Source of the DNA: Mobula hypostoma
Taxonomy: Eukaryota
Assembly: GCF_963921235.1 (NCBI RefSeq)
Contig: NC_086097.1
Coordinates: forward strand, 194,372,001 to 194,436,000
Length of the DNA: 64,000 bases
Direction: 5' to 3'
Positions 13,770 through 26,734 of the stretch are shown one piece after another; position 1 is the stretch's first letter, and every line of letters begins with the position of its first letter. The notes under the pieces are model-generated. The model was not told where the DNA came from. It saw nothing but the letters and a program-made list of their open reading frames with translations, and did no database searches. Both the position numbers and the translations under genes were made by a program.

Positions 13770-14070
13770 GGGGATGTCATGGTAGTATAGCAGTTCTTGC
13801 AATAATATTACAGCTTGGGGACTCAGAGTTTGGGTTCTATTCTGGTTTCCTCTGTATGGAAGTTTATACATTCTTCCCATGTGCGTGTGGATCTCCTCTG
13901 GGTGCTCTGGTTTCCTCCAACAGTCCAAAGATGTACTGGTTAGTAGGCCAATTGGACATGGTAAATTGTCCAGTGATTAGGCTTGGGTTAAATAGGTGGA
14001 TTGCTGAGTGGTGCAGCTTGTTGGGCTGGGAAGGCCTGTTCTGTGCTGTATCTCTAAATAATTAACTAAA
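13770..14070 (+). mobile_element. V-SINE (HE1-like)
   Basis: Central GGATCTCCTCTGGGTGCTCTGGTTTCCTCCAACAGTCCAAAGATGTAC core with a CR1-like 3' tail (GGCCTGTTCTGTGCTGTATCTCTAAA). Confidence 0.7.
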
Positions 14071-14499
14071 TAACCAAATAAAACAAGACACCAACAGCAA
14101 AGCAAACTCCTTTCCCAGTGACACTTCCCCCCACACTAGGCACCACACTGGAAAGAAAACAATGGAAAGAAGACAGTGTAATGAGTTCTTCAGGCCTGTG
14201 CAGGCCACCAAAGAGCATTGTGCGCTGAGGTTTTTAGAGCACTTGAATTAGTTGATTGTTGTTGAACAAGTGAGTATTAATTGCTTGGTATTCCTTGTGT
14301 TTTTCTTGAGCAACTCACTCTTTGTAATGCGGTCTCCTGATGATTTCAGTTTAAAATTGTGAATCTTATTTTCGTAGGCTCAGGGATTCTGTGTTACTTG
14401 TATTATTTAAGGGGACACCCAATTAGCACTAATCATGGAGTCCAAATTTTGAGAATATTACTTCTCATGGTGTCGCTCGGCTGAGTGACTGATACTCTT

Positions 14500-14680
14500 T
14501 TGGAATCATTATTATGAATAAACTCTAGTCCCTCTCTATACATTGTGGTCTGTCTTTCCTTGGCACTTGGGTTCTGATATTGCCAGCACACATTGTGACT
14601 GAAGAACCCCGCCAAGTAATGGACCCGGTGGAGGTTGAACAATGGCATTTTGACATCAGTCAGCTTTGGGTGAGAATGCC
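14500..14680 (+). mobile_element. Gypsy LTR 3' end and gag start remnant
   Basis: AATAAA (14518) ... TGTGACT (14594-14600), then a short leader and ATGGACCCGG (MDPVEVEQ), paralleling the MDPAEKEQ gag start of the provirus at 57188. Confidence 0.5.
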
Positions 14681-15454
14681 ATCTATTCTCATCCATGGTC
14701 TGAGTTTCTCAAGTTTACATTCCAAGTGTCTCCAGTCTGTGTTCCAAGCTTCTCTTGTCTACGTTCTGAGTTTTTCTGGGTTTTCAGGCTTTTTCTGGTT
14801 CTGTGGGTTGTCAGGGTTCTTCAGGTTTCCCATGGTCCTTTCATGGACTACTAAGTCTGTCTCTAGGGTTCCTCGCTCAAGTTCCCCAGGCCTCCCTCTC
14901 TTGAGTTCCTCATGTGTCTTGAGTCATCCCTGGATCTCAAGTTTTCTGGACTCTTGGGCCGTTTGGTGCTGGCCATAGGAAGAACAGACAATAAGAAACC
15001 AGCCAATATTTTCTACACTTCTACCACTAATGCCAGTGGCAATATCTTCCTGCTCCTCTTTTTTCCCCCACAAAACTCAGCCATGTTGTTCATTACAAAG
15101 AACAGACACATAGAAACCATGTACCAGATGAATAGTTTGCTTGTACGTCTTGATCTTCCTGATATGTCTCAAAGATTCAACATATATTTATTATCGAAGT
15201 ATGTATGCAGAACACAACCCTGAGACTCATCCATCCGCAGGCAGGAATGAAACAAAGAAACACCATGGAACCTGTTCAAGAAGATATCAAACACTCAATG
15301 TGCAAAAAAAGAACACATTGTGCAAACAGCAAAAAGCGAGTGAATATTAAACATCAAACCAGAAGACCAGTACTGTAAAGTTTAATTCAGTTCAGTGATG
15401 TGCTACTATTCTACTGCTTGCCACAGAGCAATTCTTCCAGTCCTTAAGAAATAT

Positions 15455-16235
15455 AAGGTACAAGGTGATAGGTGAAACCGGGGGAGGGGTGAAGTAAAGA
15501 GCTGGGAGGTCAATTGGTGAAGGAGATAAAGGGCTGCAGAAGTGGGAATCTGATAGGAGGGGATAGAAGACCATGGAAGAAAGGGAAGGGGGAGGTGATG
15601 GGCAGGTAAGGAGATAAGGTGAGAGAGGAAAACAAGAATGGGGAATGGTGAAAGAGAGGGGAGCAATTACTGGAAGATCGAGAAATCGATGTACATGTCA
15701 TCAGGTTGTGGCTACCCAGATGGAACATAAGGGTGTTGTTCCTTCCAACCTGAGTGTGGCCTCATCGTGACATAATGGAAATGGGAAGTAGAACTGAAAT
15801 AGGTCGCCACTGGGAAATCCTGCTTTTTCTGGCCAACAGAGCGTAGGTGATCAGTGAAGCAGTTTCCCAATCTATGTTGGATTCACTGATATACCTAAGG
15901 CCACACCAGGAGAACTGGATACAGCTGTTAATCCCAACAGACTCACAGGTGAAGTGTCACTTCACCTGGTAGGACTGTTTGGGGTCTTGAATGTTAGTGA
16001 GGGAGCAGATAAAGGGGCAGGTGCGGCACTTGTTCTGCTTGCAAGGTTAAGTACCAGGAGGAAGATCAGTAGGGACGCACAAATGTGCAGGGGAGTCGCA
16101 CAGGGAGTAATCCCTGTGGAAAGCAGAAGGTGGGAAAAGTGTGTTTGGTGGTGGGATCCTGTTGGAGATGTGGGAAGTTATGGAGAATTATGTGCTGGAT
16201 GTGGAGGTGGGTCGGGTGGTACGTGAGGACAAGAG
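15455..16235 (-). mobile_element. Penelope-like element 3' fragment (GIY-YIG region + 3' UTR), degraded
   Basis: Collinear homology with 26850-27475, e.g. CCATCAGGTTG..GCTACCCAGA, GACTCACAGGTGAAGTG and GTGGTGGGATCC. Confidence 0.85.
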
Positions 16236-16266
16236 GTACTGGTTCTGCTGTGTCTCAATTAACTGG

Positions 16267-16268
<2 letters not shown>

Positions 16269-16313
<45 letters not shown>

Positions 16314-16318
16314 TGTGC
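16269..16318. repeat. (GT)20 microsatellite with alternating purine-pyrimidine extension
   Basis: Read directly from the sequence. Confidence 0.98.
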
Positions 16319-16976
16319 CATGGTACTATCCAATGGGTCAATAACAGAGCCAATCTCAGTTAAATCTAGTACTAAGCAATGCGGTAATGTTACCCTTGAA
16401 CTGTTTTCTTATTTTTCTTGCAGCAATGCTCCACTCACTTTTAACAAATGCCCCTAGGGAATGGGACTAATAGGAAGCTATCCAGCCTATGTCATCTTCA
16501 TCACAGAACCAATGTCACCCCAACCTCAGCAGTCAAACTTCAGTATGTAAATGAAGCATCAACCTACTTAAAGAAACATTCAAGAGGATGAACTTTGCAC
16601 TCAACAGCCACAAGATCAAAACCTTTTACCAACTTGATCCTGCTGCACCACACTGCCCTTCAATACTGAAAATTCATGGTGAAATCTGGGAAAGTGTTCA
16701 CTACTTCCCACCACTCGGTGAAGGCAGACACTAAGGACAAAACTCACAACTAGCTTCAGTGCACTATCATAGCTTCTGGTTGATTGAGGGAAAGAATGAT
16801 GATCAAAGTTTCAAGATTGACAAAACTCACAGTCTGACATACAGCAGCAATGATCTTGTCTTTGTACGTGCTTCTGAAACTTCTAGAATCCACACTAGGC
16901 ACCACACTGGAAATACACCAACAATGTCTTTGAATGTGTTACAAATGATAGACCTCAAGTGCCAAAACTCTGAAAC

Positions 16977-18852
16977 CTAGAACAGATAGAAACCATAGAA
17001 ACTATAGCACAGAAACAGGCCTTTTGGCCCTTCTTGGCTGTGCCGAACCATTTTCTGCCTAGTCCCACTGACCTGCACACGGACCATATCCCTCCATACA
17101 CCTCCCATCCATGTATCTGTCCAATTTATTCTTAAATGTTAAAAAAGAACCCGCATTTACCACCTCGGCTGGCAGCTCATTCCACACTCCCACTACTCTC
17201 TGTGTGAAGAAGCCCCCCCCACAATGTTCCCTTTAAAGTTTTCCCCCTTCATCCTTAACCCATGTCCTCTGGTTTTTTTCTCCCCTTGCCTCAGTGGAAA
17301 AGCCTGCTTGCATTCACTTTATCTATACCCATCATAATTTTATATATCTCTATCAAATCTCCCCTCATTCTTCTATGCTCCAGGGAATAAAGTCCTAACT
17401 TATTCAACCTTTCTCTGTAACTGAGTTTCTCAAGTCCTGGCAACATCCTTGTAAACCTTCTCTGCACTCTTTCAACATTATTTATATCCTTCCTGTAATT
17501 TGGTGACCAAAACTGAACACAATACTCCAGATTCGGCCTCACCAATGCCTTATACAACCTCATCATAACATTCCAGCTCTTATACTCAATACTTTGATTA
17601 ATAAAGGCCAATGTACCAAAAGCTCTCTTTACGACCCTATCTACCTGTGATGCCACTTTTAGGGAATTTTGTATCTGTATTCCCAGATCCCTCTGTTCTA
17701 CTGCATCCTCAGTGCCTTACCATTAACCCTGTATGTTCTACGTTGGTTTGTCCTTCCAACGTGTAATACCTCACACTTGCCTGTATTAAACTCCATCTGC
17801 CATTTTTCAGCCCATTTTTCCAGCTGGTCAACGTCCCTCTGCAGGCTCTGAAAACCTTCCTCACTGTCTACTACACCTCCAATCTTTGTATCATCAGCAA
17901 ATTTGCTGATCCAATTTACCACATTATCATCCAGATCATTGATATAGATGACAAATAACAATGGACCCAGCACTGATCCCTGTGGCACACCACTAGTCAC
18001 AGGCCTCCACTCGGAGAAGCAATTCTCTACTACCACTCTTTGGCTTCTTCCATTGAGCCAATGTCTAATCCAATTTACCACCTCTCCATGTATACCTAGC
18101 GACTGAATTTCCCTAACTAACCTCTCATGCGGGACCTTGTCAAAGGCCTTACTGAAGTCCATGTAGACAATATCCACTGCCTTCCCTTCATCCACTTTCC
18201 TGGTAACCTCCTCGAAAAACTCCAATAGATTGGTCAAACATGACCTACCAGGCACAAAGCCATGTTGACTCTCCCTAATAAGTCCCTGTCTATCCAAATG
18301 CTTGTAGATTCTGTCTCTTAGTACTCCCTCCAATAACTTACCTACTACTGACGTTAAACTTACCGGCCTATAATTTCCCAGATTACTTTTCGATCCTTAT
18401 TTAAACAACGGAACAACTTGAGCCACTCTCCAATCCTCCAGCACCTCACCTGTAGACAGCGACATTTTAAATATTTCTGCCAGGGCCCCTGCAATTTCAA
18501 CACTAGTCTCCTTCAAGGTCCAAGGGAACACCCTGTCAGGTCCCGGGGATTTATCCACTTTAATTTTCCTCAAGACAGCAAGCACCTCCTCCTTTTCAAT
18601 CTGTACAGTTTCCACGATCTCACTACTCGTTTCCCTTAATTCCATAGACTTCATGCCAGTTTCCTTAGTAAATACAGACGCAAAAAAACCTATTTAAGAT
18701 CTCCCCCATTTCCTTTGGTTCCGCACATAGCTGACCACTCTGATGTTCAAGAGGACCAATTTTATCCCTTACAGTCCTTTTGCTCTTAATATACCTGTAA
18801 AAGCTCTTCGGATTATCCTTCACTTTGACTGCCAAGGCAACCTCATGTCTTC
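16977..18852 (-). mobile_element. Relatively young 5'-truncated CR1 LINE
   Basis: ORFs 18397-18654, 17698-18333 (YMDFSKAFDK, GVPQGSVLGP, KFADDTK) and 17291-17656, plus the 3' tandem tail. Confidence 0.95.
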
Positions 18853-21118
18853 AAATATACTGTAAAGTTTAGAAAATCAACATCAGAGTCCTCTTGTGGG
18901 AAACAAACCCACTGAGTCTTTAATTACAGTCAATCTTGACCTGGAACATCTGTTTCCCTCTACATATGCTGCCTGACCCACCGAGTTCTGCTCGCAGCTT
19001 AGTTTTTTAACTCAGTCAGCTCTGTGAGACAGACATGTTGATTGCCAGCCCAACAACAGATGCTAGAAAAATATACAGATCTTTATTCCAAGATTTATGA
19101 TGCAGAGAAAAAGGTTCAAATTTTTCCCTCAGCGCCTCCTTGAAAGATTGGAGCATCTCCACTGACACTTGGGAACATTCAGCCCACAGTCACTTAAACT
19201 GGGGAAGCTGCACTCAGGATTGTACTGAGGCCTTGTGTTCACACTTGGGGAAACTGTGAGAAGCTCAGCTTAAACAGCAGAAGGAGTGCAACTCCTCAAC
19301 CCTGCTCCCACCCTCATCACTCACTTTCACTCTCTCCCACCCTCATCTCACTCAAACACATACACACAGCTGTCCTGTCCCATATGCAGAAATAACTGTA
19401 GTTCCCATATGGTCCCTAAGAATCACCTTAGAATCAGAGAGAAAGATCTGCTTCTCAATCCCAAGGGCTAAAGAAGAGAAAGGCAAACCAAGACTTGGTG
19501 TGCAGAGGACAGCTCCAATAATGTACATGAGGAAGGATGAGGCTGGAGCTTTTCCTGCACCATTGGCTTTGCGAATCATAACTTCCGGCTATGTTACTCT
19601 TGGAAGTCTTCTGAGCATTGCCCCATCTTGCTGAGAGATGGATGGAGTGAATTGCATATCACAGTTTGTACCTGTTCAGTACATCAATGTGATTGGCTGT
19701 AGAGCGACTGTGCCCTAGAGGGATTTAAGTATTATTGGTTGGAGAGCTGACACTTAAATGCCTAACATCTGCCCAGAGTTGAGTACCTTAAACATGCTCT
19801 AGAATGTAGTGTAGTGGAAAACTTTAGAGTGAAGTTAGGTAAAAACTCATAAAGAATTGTACTGGTAAAAACTCAAAGAATTGGTTGGCATTGTCAGGCT
19901 TGTTCCTGTTGTTCAGACCCCTGATTTCCCATGCTTGACATGGATTGGATATTAACAGCATTTACACGAATCAGTTTTCTGCAGGTAAGGTGTCAACTGA
20001 GTTTGCAGCCTTGTGTCTTCTGTATGGTTCATGTATATAAGTGATGTATTAAAACAAGTGACTAAGTTGAAGTTTACACCTCATGTGGTCAGTTTTTCTT
20101 AAAATTCTGCTTTGCTATTGACTTTATGCTGCAATTCAGCTGAGTGACACATACAAAAAAAGGCCCTGGTTTTTTAACTCATGGGTTTCAAGTCTTCATT
20201 ATACAAGATGAATAACTAACTGTCCATGATATAACAACGAGCAACTTAATTGTGACACTATGTAGGAGGAGTATTTTATCAGTAAAAAGAAATAAGGGAA
20301 TAGACAATGAATAATGATAGGACAGGCAACCAGAAGTTTGATCAGGAAAAAAACGTGTTTTGCAGTTTTTGAAAGGACAAAAGCAGGATGGATGGGAGCA
20401 TAATTTACGATGAGTAACTGTACTGATGGAATTGTAGTTTCAATTTAGAAGAGTGAATTATTTTTTTCTTTTGCTTATTAGACTCCGAACTATTTTTAAA
20501 GTCGTGATTTCCAGCTTTTATCTCTTCCTTATAGTTTCCAGACTTAGAGTCTATTTTCTTGATATTTTGTTGAACTATTCACCAAAAATATTATAGTGAC
20601 AAGGTTGCAAAACAGATTTCAGTGTAACCATTTCTTGTTTAATGAGCTGCCACGATTTTGTACAAAATGAGAGAGTTGGAGAGGTTTAAGTGACATTACT
20701 GTGACCACAAGGCTCAGCACGGAGGAGAGGAAAGTTTTGTGATTTTGTTAGCAGAACTAAGAATACAGAACAGCTGAAAGAAATGCTATTGTATAAACAC
20801 TCAGCTGTTAATGCAAATATTTATTCAGAAAATCATGTGGCAGCAAGTCAATGCATAAACGCATGCAGATGCAGTCAAGATGTTCAGTGGATGTTCAGAG
20901 CAAACATAAGAATGGGGAAGAAAAGTTGACCTAAGTGACTTTGACCATGAAATGATTGTTGGAGCCAGCAGATTGATTTGAGTATCTCAGAAATTGCTGC
21001 TGTACTGCGATTCTCATGCATAAGTCTCTAGAGTTTACAGAGAGCAGTGCAAAAACCCCCCAAAAATCCAGTGAACAACAATTCCATGGGAAAAAAGCCC
21101 CTCTTAGTGAGAGAGGTC

Positions 21119-22596
21119 CATAAGACATGGGAGTAGAATTGGGCTATTCAGCTCATTGAGTCTGCTCAGCCAATCCATCATGGCTGATCCTGGAACCCAC
21201 TCAACCCGATACACCTGCCTTCTCACCATATGCTTTGATGCCTTGACCGATCAGGAAGCTATCAACTTCCACCTTAAATATACCCACGGACTTGGCCTCC
21301 TCTGCAGTCTGTGGAAGGGCATTCCACAGATTTCCTACTCTCTGGCTAAAAAATTCCTCCTTACCTCTGTTCTAAAGGGTCACCCCTCAATTTTGAGGCT
21401 GTGCCCTCAAGTTCTGGATACCCTCACCATAGGAAACATCCTTTCAACATTCGGTAGGTTTCAATGTGATCCCCATGTATTCTTCTAAATTCCAGTAAGT
21501 ATAGGCCCAAAGCTGTCAAATGCTCCTCATACGTTAATCCATTACAAATTACAAGATGAGAGGATTACAAATACCTGGGGATACGAATTGACAATAAACT
21601 GGACAGGTCAAAGAACACTGAGGCTGTCTACAAGAAGGGTCAGAGCCATCTCTATCTCCTGAGGAGACTGAGGTCCTTCAACATCTGTTGGACGATGCTG
21701 AGGATGTTCTACGAGTCTGCGGTGGCCAGTGCTATCATGTTTGCTGTTGTGTGCTGGGGCAGCAGGCTGAGGGTAGCAGACACCAACAGAATCAACAAAC
21801 TCATTCGTAAGGCCAGTGATGTTGTGGGGATGGAACTGGACTCTTTGACGGTTGTGCCTGAAAAGAGAATGCTGTCCAAGTTGCATGCCATCTTGGACAA
21901 TGTCTCCCATCCACTACATAATGTACTGGGTGGGCAAAGGAGTACATTCAGCCAGAGACTCATTCCACCGAGATGCAATACTGAGCGTTATAGGAAGTCA
22001 TTCCTGCCTGTGGCCATCAAACTTTACAACTCCTCCCTTGGAGGGTCAGACACCCTGAGCCAATAGGCTGGTCCTGGACTTATTTCATAATTTCCTGGCA
22101 TAATTTACATATTACTATTTAATTACTTATGGTTTTACATTTATATATTTATACTCTATTCTTGGTTGGGGCAACTGTAACGAAAATCAATTTCCCTCGG
22201 GATCAATAAAGTATGACTAAGACTATGACATTCATTCCTAGAATCATCCTCATGAATCTCCTCTGGACTCTCTCCAATGACAACACATCCTTTCTGAGAT
22301 ATGGGGCCCAAAACTGTTGACAATACTCCAAATACAGCATGACTAGTGACTTATAAAGGCTCAGCATTATCTCCTTGCTTTTATATTCTATTCCCCTTGA
22401 AATAAATGCCAATATTGCTTTTGCCTTCTTTACCACAGACTCCATCTGTAAGTTAACCTCTGGGAGTCTTGCACAAGGACTCATAAGTCCGCCTGCACCT
22501 CTGTTGTTTGAACCTTCTCCCCATTTAGTAAATAGTCCACAATATTGTTCCTTTTACTAAAATGCATTATCCTACATTTCCCAACACTGTATTCCA
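21119..22596 (-). mobile_element. CR1 3' fragment inserted in Tc1
   Basis: CR1 RT C-terminus and 3' UTR, flanked by AGGTC at 21114-21118 and 22597-22601 (putative TSD). Confidence 0.85.
21544..22228 (+). mobile_element. Rex1/Babar LINE 3' fragment inserted in CR1
   Basis: YKYLGIRIDNKLD, KKGQSHLYLLRRLRSF, MLRMFYESAVAS...SFLPVAIKLYN; tail AATAAAGTATGACT. Confidence 0.88.
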
Positions 22597-22639
22597 AGGT
22601 CAAAGAAGAATGATCAGACTGGTTCAACCTGATAGGACA

Positions 22640-23675
22640 ACAAGGCCTTTGACAAGGTGCCACACATGAAACTGCATAACACGGTGCTACAGGAAAGATA
22701 CTGGCATGGCTAGAGCACTGGGTGATTGGCAGGAGGCAATGTGGGAATAAAGGGAGCCTTTCTGGTTGGGCAAGTTTGTGGACGATACGAAGATAGCTGA
22801 AGAGGCAGGTAGTGTTGAGGAAGCTGAAAAGCAACAGAAGGATTTAGATGAATTATGAGAATGGGCAAAGAAGTGTCAGATGGAATACAATGTCGGGAAG
22901 TGTATAGTCCTGCACTTCGGTAGAAGAAATGAAAGTGTTGACTATTCTCTAAATGGAGAGAAAATTCAAAGATCTGAGGTGCAAAGGGACTTGGGGTCTT
23001 TGTGCAGGATTTCCTAAAGGTTAATTTGCAGGTTAGTCGGTGGTGAAGAAGGCAAATGCAATGTTAGCATTCCTTTCAAGACTAGAATATAAAAGCAAGG
23101 ATGTAATGTTGATACTTTATAAAGCACTGGTGAGGCTCACAGCAGTTTTGGGCTCCTTATCTAAAAAAGGATGTGCTGACATTGGAGAGGGTTCAAAGGA
23201 AGTTCACGAAAATTATTCCAGGATTGAAAGGCTTATAATATGAGGAGCATTTGATGGCTCTGGGCCTGTACTCATTAGAGTTCAGAATAATGAGGTGTGA
23301 CCTTATTGAAACCTATCAAGTGTTGAAAGGCCTCGATAGAGTGAATATGGAGATATTTTCTATGATGGGGGAGTCTAAGAGAGGAAGACACAGCCTCAGA
23401 ATAGAGGGGCGCCCTTTCAGAATGGAGACAAGGTGGAATTTCTTTAGCCAGAGAGTGCTGAATCTGAGGAATTCATTGCCACAGGTGGCTATGGAGGCCA
23501 AGTCTTTATGTCTATTTAAGGCAGAGGTTGATAGATTCTCGATTAGTCGGGGCACAAAAGGATACAGGGAGAAGGCAGGGGACTGGGACTGAGGGGGAAA
23601 ACGGATCAGCCATAGTGAAATGGTGCAGCAAACTCAAAGAGCCATATGACCTAATTCAGCTCCTGTATCTTATGA
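22640..23675 (+). mobile_element. CR1 LINE 3' fragment, internally deleted
   Basis: KAFDKVPH, VKKANAMLAF, GLYSLEFR...FFSQRV and 3' UTR. Confidence 0.88.
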
Positions 23676-25179
23676 CCTCGCGCGCAGAAGAGCATCTCAG
23701 AATGTACAACACATTGAACTTCAGCTGCAGAAGACCACAGACATACACTGTGGTCACTTTATTAGAGACAGGAGGTATCTCAGGCCAGCTTTCCTCTTTG
23801 GGTTTTTGAGAGTTACAGTATCATTGGTAAGTATTGGAAGAGTGCGTCCTATGACTTTCTTTTCTTGTTGCTCTTATCTCAGAAAACAGGAGCAGAAACA
23901 AAAATACAGGCTTGAACAACCACAGTCATCAGGACCTGAAAATCATCTCAAGTGTATCAGGTTTTCAGACGGCCCCTTAATTATCTAACATTTGGATAAT
24001 CCCCTTTAATTATCCAACTTCTGGGTGTCCTGGAATTCCAAGATTCTGTAAGATATTCTCCAATGGACAATCATGGATACACCTTCCTGTTCACAGCCAA
24101 AAATGGTGAGAGGAAGCCTTGTGTAACAGTTCTCTGTCCTATTTAACCCCTGCTGGGTTTTGCAAATGAGCAGAAGTAAGGTAGAAGGTAATGTGTAGCA
24201 AGCAGAACATTTGATCCAGGCACCACACCCTCTGCCCCTCTCCTTCCTCCATAATCTGATGATGCTCTTAATGCACAATCTCCAGTGCACCTGATAACAT
24301 TAAGGAAGCGTGACCCCAAAAGGCAGCAAATTCAAAGTTTTGTACATACCACGGTACTGAATTCCTCAGCCACAACAAGAAAGATATATCTTTATTATTT
24401 TAATCATATCCCTATTTTTTCCATTGTTTGGCAGTTGCAGAAGTTCAGTGAGAGTAATAGTTAAACAGAACCAATTAATGAATATGCAGCAGCTATCATT
24501 TAACTTCAGATAAACAAACCTCTAAAAAACGACAACAGCAAAGTGCACACTGAGATGTTCCCCTGAGAGAAGAAAAAGAAGTTCTAAAACTGGTTGAGCA
24601 ATAAACATTAAATAATAATAGCTGGTAACTGCCAGAAGCTGCTTTTTAACACCTGATTGACTTATATTTGCAATCAACAACGATTAGCTCAAGATCCTTA
24701 AGGCCGGTTACGAGCAATCAGCATGGGTTTGTAACAACTTCTGCTACAATAGTGGTTTTGAAGTTTGCTGTTGCATTACAGTTATTCCCCAGTTATTTAT
24801 AACCAGGCCTTCCCCAGGTTATAAATGCCTGACTTGTATTGGACCCATAAATATGAGCGAGCGTTTGGGAGGTTGGTGAGATGGATGTGCTACCTATTGT
24901 TGGTCTGCAGGCATCTTCTGTCATCTGGAAACAGCTTGTGGCTACATTTCTGATGTGTAAACTGTGAGGAAGGTAAACAGGTCCTCCTGTAATCTGGGGA
25001 GGATCTGTTGTCAGAAAGAGAATTGGCATATGTTGTTATGACTTTTTTTCTATTCTTTAGCCCGACCCTAAACTTTTTCCCCTGGATTTTGGAAGATATG
25101 CTTTGTGCAAATTCTCCAGTAGATCAGATAACATTCAGAAGTGAATGCTTTGTTAGCTTAATGAAGAGAACTAAAAAGG

Positions 25180-25868
25180 AGGGAGGAGAAGATGGCAGCA
25201 TGATGTGGTGCGCGCGGCCTCTCTGGTGAATGATATCGGTATTTGTTAAGAAGGTACTGTGCACAATCCTGATTTGATGGAGACAGACGTGAGAAGCACG
25301 GAGGAACATCTGGAGAAACTTCTGAAATGCCTGGTTCGCTGCCGCTGCTACTGTGCGATCGAGAATCTCTGGAGGGGAAGGCCCCAAATCCTCAGCTTTG
25401 CCTGTTGCTGGCGGCTGGGGTTGGGGCTGGGGTCGAAGCGCTCGGCAAAGATGGTGCTTGGCGCTCGGTGTCGGAGGGCTGGTCGGAGGCTCAAAGTTTT
25501 CGGACAGGCTGAGAGTCGGACTGTGGTTGAGTGCTTCCAGGATGCTGCATCGGCAAGTTTGCGGTGCTGGAAGCTCATGGCAGGGAGAGTTTTCTTCCTT
25601 CTACCGTCTGCGTGAGATGATGGGACTTTCGAGAGATTTTGAGACTTTTTTTACCGTGCCCATTTCCTGTTATTTATCAAGTTACAGTATTGCTTGCACT
25701 GTTGTAACTATATGTTATAATTATGTGTTTTTTGTCAGTTTTTTAGTCCTGGTCTGTCTTGTGTTTCTGTGATATCACACTGGAGGAACATTGTATCATT
25801 TCTTAATGCATGCATTACTAAATGACAATTAAAGAGGACTGCGTGTCCTCATAATCTAATCTAATCTA
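25180..25868 (+). mobile_element. Non-autonomous retroelement (AAGATGGC 5' end, (CTAAT)n tail)
   Basis: Second copy at 28160-28420 on the minus strand; tail ...CATAATCTAATCTAATCTA. Confidence 0.75.
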
Positions 25869-26069
25869 CAATGTTCTGTGCATTCAGTCGTTCAGCTGAA
25901 GAATGGATTGAAAGTACATGGATGGGAAGTCAGCAGCTGCAACTTGCAACTGACTTCCTCTCAAGTTGAACTCTTGTTGAATGTCAAGGTACAAATGCAT
26001 TATAATCTTTGTCAAAGAACAATTACTACAATCTGATATATTTTCACATTCCCTTCCATGCTCATTGAC

Positions 26070-26490
26070 TCATAGAAACGTACAGCACAGAAACAGGCCC
26101 ATCAGCCCATCTATTCTGTGCTGAGCCATTTAAACTGTCTACTTCCATTGAAATATACTGAGGCCATAGCCCTCCATACCCCTACATTCATGTAGCTATA
26201 CAAACTTCTCTGAAATTTTGAAATTGAGCTTGCATGCACCTCTTGTGCTGGCAGTTCATTCTACACTCCCACCACCCCCTGAGTGAAGTTTTCCCTCATG
26301 TTCCCCTTAAAATTTTCACCTTTCATCCTTAACCCATATCCTCCCACCCAATCTCAATGGAAAAGCCAGCTTGCATTTTCACTATCTATACCCCTCATAA
26401 TTTTGTACATCTCTATCAAATCTCCTCTCAATCTTCGACGTTCCAAGGAGTAAAGTGCTAACCTATTCAATCTTTCCATATAAGGCAGGT
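26070..26490 (-). mobile_element. CR1 3' end
   Basis: Homologous to 16985-17420. Confidence 0.85.
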
Positions 26491-26599
26491 CCCTAAATCA
26501 AAGAGAGCATGCAACAGGGATGATAGAAAGGACAGGCAGGAGATGAGGCATAATCACAGCCAGTGGGATGAGTTACAGTGCAATAGAGGTGTGGTGCAG

Positions 26600-26730
26600 T
26601 TAAAACAGAAAGCAAAAAATACTCAACTGGAAGTGTTGTATTTGAATGCACGCAGCATAAGAAATAAAATGGACAATCTTGAAATTCAGCTACAGATTGT
26701 CAAGTATGATGTTGTGGCCATCTCTGAAAC
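26600..26730 (+). mobile_element. CR1 ORF2 N-terminal fragment
   Basis: LEVLYLNARSIRNKMD...YDVVAISET. Confidence 0.8.
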
Positions 26731-26734
26731 TCTG

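Larger units (their letters stand above)
20797..22640 (+). mobile_element. Tc1-like transposon relic (transposase N-terminus), interrupted by CR1
   Basis: MGKK..DLSDFDHEMIVGA...SISEIAA...SRVYRE...SERG at 20912-21118 resumes as GQRRMIRLVQPDR at 22598-22637. Confidence 0.8.

Noticed and set aside
16085..16457. Cys/Val-rich ORFs
   Set aside because: Translation of the (GT)n microsatellite.
19352..19636. Open frames on both strands in a repeat-poor region
   Set aside because: No recognisable domain and no convincing splice-site pair.
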